From Bryobacterales bacterium (GTDB taxonomy: Bacteria > Acidobacteriota > Terriglobia > Bryobacterales > UBA6623), in NCBI GenBank assembly GCA_963422375.2, contig CAXXKD010000001.1, positions 160,001-224,000 of the forward strand: 64,000 bases of DNA, given 5' to 3'. The notes beneath the pieces are model-generated. The model saw only the letters and a program-made list of their open reading frames with translations. It had not been told where the DNA came from and searched no databases. Positions 9,086 to 17,828 of the stretch are shown in pieces (the first letter of the stretch is position 1; the number at the start of each line of letters is the position of its first letter). The translations under genes were made by a program, and so were the position numbers.

Positions 9086-10637
9086 ATGGAATACCGGATC
9101 CCGGCCGGGCATCCAGATTCTTCGGAGCCTAACCGTCCTAGCGCTCGGGCCCTCTTGGCGGCCGTGCCCGCCACGGCCCAGGACTGTCTCGAGGTAACCG
9201 TGGTCGACCCGTCAGGGGCGGCAGTCGCGAATTCGACCGTAGTGATCGGCCCGAGCGAGCAGCCCACCGACGACCTTGGCGTCGCGACCTTCTGCGGTCT
9301 TGGGGACTGGCCCCACTCGGTCCTCGCGTTGGCCCCGGGCCTGGCCCCGGCGGAAATCACGATCCAGCAGTCGGCCGGTGCCGTGCAGATCCCCCTAGCG
9401 CTCGAGACGGTGAGCGACCGTATCGTCGTCATCGGCAGCCGCCGCAGGGGCGCGCAGTGCTGGAGTCATCCGTGCCCGTCGATATCGTCGGGAGTGAGGA
9501 CTTCACCCAGCAAGGCCAGACTGACCTGGCCAACCAACTGCGCAACACGGTCCCGTCGTTCAACGTCAACTCGAACCCCATCAGCGACTCCGGCACGATC
9601 GTGCGGCCGGCCAGCCTGCGCAACATGGCTCCGGACCACACGTTGCTGCTCGTGAACGGCAAGCTCCGCCACCGCGCCGCCGTGATTAACTTCTTCGCGG
9701 TCGGGCCGACGGCCGGTGCGCAGGGACCTGACCTGACGCCCATTCCGTCGATCGCGGTCCAGCGCGCGGAGGTCCAGCGCGACGGAGCGTCGGCGCAGTA
9801 CGGATCCGACGCCATCGCCCGGGGTTCTCAACTTCGTCCTGAAGGACGCTTCGCAGGGCGGCAGCGTCCAGGTGACCGCCGGGGGCTACAGCGCGGGCGA
9901 CGGCCAGAACCTCACGTTCGCGGGCAATGCCGGACTGCCTCTAGGCGGGGAGGGTTCGCCAACCTGAGTCTCGAGTACGGCAATTCCCGGCCCACCAACC
10001 GCGCCGTGCAGCGCTACGACGCGGCACGGCTGATCGCCCACGGCAACAACTACGTCCGCAGTCCGACGGCCCAGGACTGGGGTGAGCCTCGCATCGACGA
10101 CGACGTCAAGTTCTTCGGTAATTTCGGCAAGTACGTGGGCGGCACGAAGCAGGCCTACGCCCATGCGAACTATGCCGCCAAGCACGTCGACGGCGGCTTC
10201 TACTTTCGCAACCCGCACACCCGTGGCGGCGTCTACAGCGGCGACGGCGGCAAGACCCTGCTCGTCGGCGATCTCCTCGATGCCAAGGACGGTGTCTTGG
10301 GCAGTTCCGCCGGCTGCCCGACCGTGCGGGTCGGAGGAGGCCGGATCCTCGATCCGGACAACTACCAGCGGGTGGTTAACGATCCCAACTGCTTCACCTT
10401 CCACAAGCCGTTCGCCGGCGCTCCGGAGGGGAGGCCGGGCGGGTTCACGCCGCAGTTCGGAGGGGACTCCCAGGACAGCTCGATCGTCGCGGGTCTGCGT
10501 GGCACCTTCCCCCGAACCTTGTCTGGGACGCCAGCATGAGCCTCGGCACGCACATCCTAGACCTGTTCATCTACAACACGGTGAATGCTTCGATGGGACC
10601 GGAGTTCCCGACGATGTTCGATCCGGGCGACTACTGA
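9086..10637 (+). pseudogene. Tandem paralogue of the TonB-dependent receptor, frameshifted and truncated
   Basis: Collinear high similarity to 6009-8822 (QDCLEVTVVDPSG.., GFYFRNPHTRGG). Frameshifts near 9150, 9440, 9820, 9945 and 10510. Ends just before the IS at 10654. Confidence 0.9.
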
Positions 10638-10653
10638 GAGGCGCAAAAGTCTT

Positions 10654-11694
10654 CCTGATTACCCACAAGACTCAGCCAAGGTTAGGAGACGGTAAGGCAT
10701 GGGCGGGGTGCGCACGGAGGCGTGGAGCAGGCGGGGGACCAGCACCGCCAGATCGTAGCGGCGGTTGAAGCGGTAGCGGAACTCGGCGAGGTACCGCGGC
10801 AGGTGCTTGCCGTCGAGCGAATGGCAGGTTCCCGCCAGGGACTGCTTGACGTTCGCCAGCATCGTGTTGACCCGGAAGAAGCGGGAATCGCCGCAGCTCC
10901 GCTGCCCGCCTCCGGTGACGGTCGGCACGTGCTCGCAGCCGGCGCCGGCCACGTCCCGGAAGCAGGCCAAGCCGTCGGAATGCACCTCCGTGCCGGGCTG
11001 CAAGTGCCGCCCGGCCCACGCTGCCAGCGTCTTCTTGCGGAAGCCCGCCACGCCGCTCATGCGCATCCTTGCCGGCTGGCCGTCGGCGGTGACCTGCACG
11101 GCGGCCACGAACGGCGTCTTGCCCGCCGCGCCGCGCCCGCGCTTGCCGCCGCTCCGCTCCCCGCCCCAGTAGGCATCGTCCACCTGCACGATGCCGCCCG
11201 GCGGCACGCGCTCGTCGCGCTCCTTCATCACTTGCAGGAGCTTGTGCTTCATCTTCCAAGCCGTGTTCCGGCTCACGCCCAGCTGCCGCGCCAGTTCCAG
11301 CGACGAAACGCCGTGCTTGCCCTGCGTCAGCAGGTGGATCGCCAGCAACCGGACGGTCAGCGGCAGCTGGGTGGCGGCGCAGATCGTGCCGGCGACGAGG
11401 GAGGTCCGGCGGTGGCAGGCATTGCGGCATGGCACTGCCAGAGCTTGCGGGAGCGGATGCGGCAGTGTCGCCGGGAGCCGCACTCCGGGCAGCGGAAGCC
11501 GTCCGGCCAGCGGGCGTTGAAGACGGCCTGCTCGCATGGCCCCTCGCTGCCGTAGCGCTGCAGGAACTTGCCCAGGCTGAGTCCCTTCTGGAATTGCACG
11601 CGATTGCGTTTCAGCTGCTATCCCCTTTCCTGTCAGAGATTTCCGATCTCCTTCAGTATAGCATATCCTCGGCTGACGTTCGTTGTTAATCAGG
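10654..11694 (-). mobile_element. IS1595-family element of a second type; transposase frameshifted (~11600 to 10659)
   Basis: IRs CCTGATTA..TCAGCC / GGCTGA..TAATCAGG. QFQKGLSL..RWPDGFRCPECG, VQVDDAYWGG, HSDGLACF, YLAEF.YRFNRR. Confidence 0.9.
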
Positions 11695-13208
11695 ATAAGA
11701 TTTCATATTTCTTCTGACTTTCCGTTGAAATTCTGTGGTGTTTCTTGGTGGAATAGTTCCAGTAGGGGATACCGTAAATGAAGAAACAAGGTCCCGGAAA
11801 GTGGTTCCGTAAAGGCATCACATTGATCGAAGTGATCGCCATGTTCCCCGATGACGAATCCGCGGAAAAGTGGTTCGCCTCCATGCGCTGGCCCGACGGC
11901 CCCGCGTGCCCCCACTGCCTCGGATCCAGCGTGCAGTCCGGTGCGGCCCACCCTTCGATGCCGTACCGTTGCCGCGGCTGCGGCAAGCGCTTTTCCGTGC
12001 GCAGCGGCAGCGTGATGGCCGACACCAAGCTCGGCTACCGCACCCGGGCCGTCGCCCTGTTCCTGCTGACCACCGGCATCAAGGGCGTCTCGAGCATGAA
12101 GCTGCACCGTGACCCGGGCATCAGCCAAAAGTCGGCCCGGCACCTGGCGCACCGCATCCGCGCGTGCCGGGAGCGGGATCAGGGCCTGTTCGCCGGCCCG
12201 GTGGAGGTGGACGAGACCTGCGTCGGCGGCAAGGAACGCAACCGGCACGAGAGGAAGAAGGCCCGCGCCGGGCGCGGGCCCGTCGGCAAGACGCCCGTGG
12301 CGGGGGCGCGGGACCGCGCCACGAACGCAGTGGCCGCGCGGCCGCTGCCGGGCACCGCCAAGGGCGACTTGCAGGGCTTCGTGCGCGGCCGGGTCGCGCC
12401 GGGGGCGCAGGTCCGCTCCGACGAGGCGGCGGCCTACGCCGGCATGGCGGAGTTCCCGCACGAAGCGGTCAGGCACTCCGGCGCTCCGGCGGCGAGTACG
12501 TGCGCGGGGCAGCGCATGCGAACGGCATCGAATCGTTTGGGTCCCTGTTCAAGCGCGGCCTGTACGGAACCTATCACCGGATGAGCGTCCGTCATCTCGG
12601 CCGCTACCTCACGGAGTTCGCGGGACGGTACAACGACCGCGACTGCGACACATCGGAACAACAGAGGAACAACAGAGGAACAGATGCGGCGCATGGCGCG
12701 GGGCTTGGTCCGCCGGACGCTGACCTACCGGCAGCTGACCGGCGCAGCTGACCGGCAAGGCCGCGGTCGCGGCCTGAGCGGCGCCCGCCGAGCTGAGCGC
12801 GACAGCCCGCTGCGGGCGCGCTCTTCACGCTCGGTGCGCTTCACGCTCGGTACGAGGGGCGCACCGGATCCGGAATGCCCCGGTGCGACCCCGGTCCGGC
12901 CCGGACCGTCCATGCAGGCCGTCGAGCACCGGGGATCCGCTGTTTTCGGCCCTCGCAGGGCCTGCAAGCGGCTTGCAAGGGGTGCCCTGCCACCGCCAAC
13001 CGGGTTCCACCGGGGCAACCGGGGCATGCGAGGCGGCCTCTCTAGTCCCTTCCTCGTCCAATCCGCTGGCAGGCTCGATTCAGATACGATCCCACCCCTC
13101 TGTGCCCGCCGCGGCCGCACTCGAATGACCCGAGCTCGACACCGACCTCCCTGCTCACAGCAGTTCTAGTCGGACATGGCGTCGTCGGCACTCAGATATA
13201 TAATTCCC
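11695..13208 (+). mobile_element. IS1595 copy 2; left TIR lost, transposase (from 11778) frameshifted near 12480
   Basis: Near-identical to 3126-4599. Right TIR ..CACTCAGATATATAATTCCC ends at 13208. Short internal duplications present. Confidence 0.95.
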
Positions 13209-13542
13209 ATTCAATGCCCCTCGCCCAGAGCGCATCATTGAACAGCCAAGGCGATGGATGTGGCAAGTGAGGCCCGGTACCAGGAGGGGACGAATGGCCG
13301 GCGGTCCGGCGCTGATGCATCCTGCGGTTCGACCGGACCAACGGTCTCTAGCGCGTCGACCATTCATAGGTTACACTTCAAGATAGAGGCTGGGAATCGG
13401 ACCGTACGTGAATTCCGCCGAGCATTTCGCGGGGAGTACCGCTGCCCGAGAACGGCAAGCAGTGCGATGCGGGCGCTTGGACGCTGGCCCTGTCTCCTGC
13501 GGAATCGATAGGCAGGGCTAGACAGGCAGGGCTAGAGGAGGA

Positions 13543-16446
13543 ATGCCGCGGATTAGCGAGGCGGCCTTCAACGTCGAGCTGGCCAACGTCCTGCGCGGGA
13601 AGAATCCGCGCTGGCTGCATCGCATCGGCGCGGAGCAGTCCGAGGTCTTTGAGCAACGGGCGCTCCGCCCGGACATCCTAGTCGATAATCCCGGCGGGCT
13701 GCCGGTGGCTGTAGAGACCGAGTTCCTGCCCGCCGGCGGCGTCGAGGAGGATGCGCGCAGGCGTCTCGGCTTGGTGGTCGGAGACTTGGGTGCCGCGGTA
13801 GAGCAGAGCCTGGCGGTGCGGGTACCGGTCTCCCTGCGCCAGGAGCAAGGCGACCTCGCGCGGCGGATTCAGTCCGCGGAATTCGCCTACTGCGTCTTCT
13901 CCTTGGCGGAGACCGAGCCCGCTCGCTGGCCGGCCTCGGGCTGGATCCGCGGCGGTGCCGACGACCTGGCGGCCTGCATCGAGCGGGTCTCCGTCTCCGA
14001 GCGCCTGATCGCGAAGGGGATCGAGATTCTGGAGCGTCGCGTGCGGCAGGCGGCCCGGCGCGTCCTGACGGACAGCGAGCTCGGTTTCGACGGGCCGTTG
14101 CTGGAGATGGCCGAACTGCTGCACCAGGAGCCGGGCGAGCAAACGGCAAGGATGGCGATGGCGATCCTCGCCAACGCCCTGATCTTCCACAACTCGATTG
14201 CCGGTGCGCACCGGCTCAAGAGGATCGACGAGATCCGGGACGGCCTAGGCGACATCTCGCCGCGCCTGATCCAAGAGCAATGGCGGCACGTCCTGAGGAA
14301 CATCAACTACTGGCCGATCTTCGAGATCGCCTCGGCGATTCTCGGCGGCTTGCGGGCGAGCTCGACGAAGCCGGTGGTGGCGCTGCTGGCCGGCGCGGCG
14401 GGCGAGCTGTCCAACGTAGGCGTCACGAGCCTGCACGACATGTCGGGGCGCATGTTCCAGCGGCTGATCGTGGACCGCAAGTTCCTCGCCACGTTCTACA
14501 CGCTGCCGGTCTCCGCGGCCCTGCTGGGCGAGCTGGCGGTGTCGCGAATGCGGTGCGACTGGTCCAGCGGGAAGGCGCTGGCGGCGTTGCGGATCGCCGA
14601 TCTGGCCTGCGGCACGGGCACGCTGATCTCGGCAGCTTACCAAGCGGTCCTAGGCCGGCACCGGCGGGCAGGGGGCAACGACGCGAGAGTGCATGCGGCC
14701 ATGATCGAACGGTCCTTGGTGGCGGCGGACATCATGCCTGCGGCAACGCACTTAGCGGCCTCTATGCTGTCCAGCGCTCATCCGGGGCTGAAATTCCGCC
14801 GGACGCGGGTGCTGACGATGCCCTACGGCAGGCAGGCGGATGGGCGCCCCTTGGCGCTGGGCTCGCTGGACCTGATCACCGAAGAGGTGGCGCGACCGCT
14901 GTTCGGCACGGGGCGGAGGGTGGCTTCCGGGGACCGCCCGGATGCCGAGGACTGCGACGGCCGGGACGAGGTCGCTTTGGAGCACGGGGCGGCGGACCTG
15001 GTGATCATGAACCCGCCGTTCACGCGGCCGACGAACCACGAGTCGTCGACGGTTCCCGTGCCTTCGTTTGCCGGCTTCGAAAAGACGGCGGAGGAGCAAA
15101 GAGCGATGGCGCGGCACTTGGCCCGCATTCGCGGTGCGCTGGGGACTGCGGCGGGTCACGGCAACGCCGGGATCGCGTCGAACTTCGTCGACTTGGCGCA
15201 CGCCAAGGCTAGGCCTGGGGGTGTGGTGGCGCTGGTGCTGCCGATCGCGGCGGTAAGCGGCGTCGCTTGGCGGAACATGCGGGCGCTGCTCGCGCGGCAC
15301 TACTGCGACCTGACGGTTGTCACGCTGGCGGTGAGCGGCGACACCGCTAGGGCGTTTTCGGCCGACACGGGCATGGCCGAGGCGCTGGTCGTTGCCACTC
15401 GCAAGCGAGACGATTCGGAAGCGAGCGGCGACACCATGTTCGTCAGCCTGTACCAGCGTCCGGAGAGCCTCGCGGCGGCCGCGGAGACGGCTAGGGTGAT
15501 CGCCACGCTGACGGCGGACAGCCGTAGCGGCCGTCTGAGAATCGGCGACAGCGAGGTGGGCAGCTTTGTGAGGGCGCCGCTAAGTGAGGGCGGTTGCGCA
15601 CGGGTGCGGGAGCCGAGGCTCGCGCACGCCATGATGTCGTTGCGCGGAGGACTTCTGAGTCTCCCGCGACTGGCCCCGTGCGAGCTGCCGGTCGCGCTGC
15701 TCGGTGAGCTAGGCGACCGGGGCCCGCTGCACCGTGATGTCTCGGGGGCAGAGACTGGTTCAGGCGGGCGGCCACGAGGCCCGTTCGAAGTGGTCCCGCT
15801 GGAGGGGACGCCCATTCAGGCGGTACCGTATCCGATGCTGTGGGCGCATTCAGCGGAGCGCGAGCGGCGGCTCGTCGTCGAGCCAGACACCACAGGAGAG
15901 CCTAGGCCGGGATGTGCTGACCGGGCCATTGACCTCTGGAAGCGGACGGCTGGTCGGCTGCACTTCAACTTGGATTTCCAGCTGAATTCGCAATGCCTCG
16001 CGGCGTGCCTGACGCAGGAGCCGGCGATGGGAGGCAGGGCGTGGCCAACCTTCTTGCTGAAGCGGGCTCAGCTGGAACAGGCCCTTGCGCTCTGCGCGAA
16101 CTCCACGCTTGGCCTGATGGCTTTCTGGTGGATCGGGAGCAGGCAGCAGGAGGGGCGGTCCGTGGTCACGATCAAGTCGCTGCCGGGCCTGCCGGTCCTT
16201 GACGTTCGTGCGCTCGACGATTCGCGAGTCGACGTAGCGCGGAGCGCATTTGACAGCTTCCGGCGCCGGACCTTCCTGCCGGCCAACGAGGCGTACCGAG
16301 ACGAGACGCGCCACGCCCTTGACCGCTTCGTTTTGGTGGATCTCTTTGGCTTGTCCGAGGCAGTTCTCGAGCCGCTCGCCGTCGTCCGGGCCCAGTGGTG
16401 CGCAGAGCCATCGGTACATGGAGGCAAGGCATCCGCGATTCAGTAG
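13543..16446 (+). CDS. Type IIG-like restriction-modification fusion (nuclease + amino-methyltransferase + TRD)
   Basis: GAGGAGG RBS. N-terminal RPDILV..AVETE (PD-(D/E)xK-like), FYT, motif I IADLACGTGTL, motif IV DLVIMNPPF, long C-terminal region. Confidence 0.8.
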   Translation: MPRISEAAFNVELANVLRGKNPRWLHRIGAEQSEVFEQRALRPDILVDNPGGLPVAVETEFLPAGGVEEDARRRLGLVVGDLGAAVEQSLAVRVPVSLRQEQGDLARRIQSAEFAYCVFSLAETEPARWPASGWIRGGADDLAACIERVSVSERLIAKGIEILERRVRQAARRVLTDSELGFDGPLLEMAELLHQEPGEQTARMAMAILANALIFHNSIAGAHRLKRIDEIRDGLGDISPRLIQEQWRHVLRNINYWPIFEIASAILGGLRASSTKPVVALLAGAAGELSNVGVTSLHDMSGRMFQRLIVDRKFLATFYTLPVSAALLGELAVSRMRCDWSSGKALAALRIADLACGTGTLISAAYQAVLGRHRRAGGNDARVHAAMIERSLVAADIMPAATHLAASMLSSAHPGLKFRRTRVLTMPYGRQADGRPLALGSLDLITEEVARPLFGTGRRVASGDRPDAEDCDGRDEVALEHGAADLVIMNPPFTRPTNHESSTVPVPSFAGFEKTAEEQRAMARHLARIRGALGTAAGHGNAGIASNFVDLAHAKARPGGVVALVLPIAAVSGVAWRNMRALLARHYCDLTVVTLAVSGDTARAFSADTGMAEALVVATRKRDDSEASGDTMFVSLYQRPESLAAAAETARVIATLTADSRSGRLRIGDSEVGSFVRAPLSEGGCARVREPRLAHAMMSLRGGLLSLPRLAPCELPVALLGELGDRGPLHRDVSGAETGSGGRPRGPFEVVPLEGTPIQAVPYPMLWAHSAERERRLVVEPDTTGEPRPGCADRAIDLWKRTAGRLHFNLDFQLNSQCLAACLTQEPAMGGRAWPTFLLKRAQLEQALALCANSTLGLMAFWWIGSRQQEGRSVVTIKSLPGLPVLDVRALDDSRVDVARSAFDSFRRRTFLPANEAYRDETRHALDRFVLVDLFGLSEAVLEPLAVVRAQWCAEPSVHGGKASAIQ

Positions 16447-16449
16447 CCC

Positions 16450-16612
16450 GCGGTTCATCACCCCATAGGCCCGCTCATGCCGACGGGAGGCGCTCGTCTG
16501 GATCGGCGAGTAGATTCGGCCGCACGACGGTTCTCGAGCCGCTCGCCCCGCTTGCCACTGAAGACGTCACGTCGGTTTCGCCGGACAGCGTGATGTCCGT
16601 GTCAATGTAGCT
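16450..16612 (-). pseudogene. Possible small remnant of an Oar-like TonB receptor
   Basis: DITLSGETDVTSSVASGASGSRTVVRPNLLADP resembles the RPNL region of Oar-type receptors. Confidence 0.35.
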
Positions 16613-17828
16613 TCGCCGGGTTGGCCGCGCCGCGTGCCCCGCTAGGACGAGGTGCGGACCACGTCCCTTATGCGGGCCCGCGGGACACTCGACAGCTCCG
16701 TCGCAGGGGGTCCCCGTCGGCCTCTCTTGGATTCCAATGGCTGAAGCGCAACACCGTCCGTTCGGTTCGCCGGCAGGCAACCCCTGCAGCGCCGGGCCAC
16801 CGTTCATGAACTGCCGGACCTCATCCAACCCCGGCACCGACGCGAGTTCGAATTGCACGATGTTTTTCCCGCGGGCCTCGTGCGTCCGGGGGAGGCCCCG
16901 CTCGGGCGCACTCCACGCCGGAAGTGCCCGTCCGCTTCAGGCTCATGTCACTTCGGGAAGGCTTCATCCTGCGCCACGGTGCCATCGTGCTGATTCCGTA
17001 AGATCGCAGGAATTGCTGAGCATGTCGACATTCCATTCCGCCCTTGATCCGTGACCCAGCGGGGCGAGTTGGCTTGCGGAAGCTAACCAACGAATTCTCG
17101 AGAGTAGAATCTTGCACCATAGCGAAACCGGTGCTACCTGCAAATTGGGCCACATGTTCCAATCCTTGATCCATCGGTCGAATGAATCCGAACTGGGTTG
17201 CCGTTTCTGAGGGGTCTCTGGCGTCAGTCGATCACGGCTAAATACAGACCTACCGGATTTCCTGATGGTGGTCCGCATAGGGCAGTCGCAAGTCCGTCAA
17301 TTTCGATCCCAATGTCCGTCCTAACCAGCTCGAATGCCAGCGGCGGCGAACTGCTCCTGCCCGTAAGTCACGGCGCGGCCGTCGCGCCTGAGGGACACCG
17401 TAGGACGCATGCGTAGTCCGAGGCTGCTGCGCGTGTTGCCGTTCTTCGCGTCCGGGATGCATGGCGCGACTCTCACGCCGCGTATGCGCTGCAGGGTCCG
17501 CGTGCGGTGCGTGGCGGTTGCGTGCCGTCATCCTCGGGCCGCCTGGCCGGTCCTGCGGCGGCAGCCCGGCATCAGGGCTCGGTCGGGCTGGGCAGCTCGC
17601 TCCAGACAACACGCGAACGGCCTTCTCGGGGCTGGCTACCGCCGAGAGTCCGGTCGGCACGCCGTACTCGGCTCGGCCTTGCGGACGCCGTCATCGGCCG
17701 CGCCACCGGCCCCGGCTGGCAGGTCGGCGCAGCCGACCGAGGCGAGGGGCACTCCAACCCCTCCGCAGCGCGGCCCTCGCGCCGTTTCCGTGGGGCGGCG
17801 GGGCGAGTCGATAGAATCGACGAAGGCG

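Noticed and set aside
17409..17828. N-terminal 140 aa of the 1080-aa ORF
   Set aside because: Low-complexity Arg/Ala/Pro sequence; a lipoprotein signal starts at 17829.
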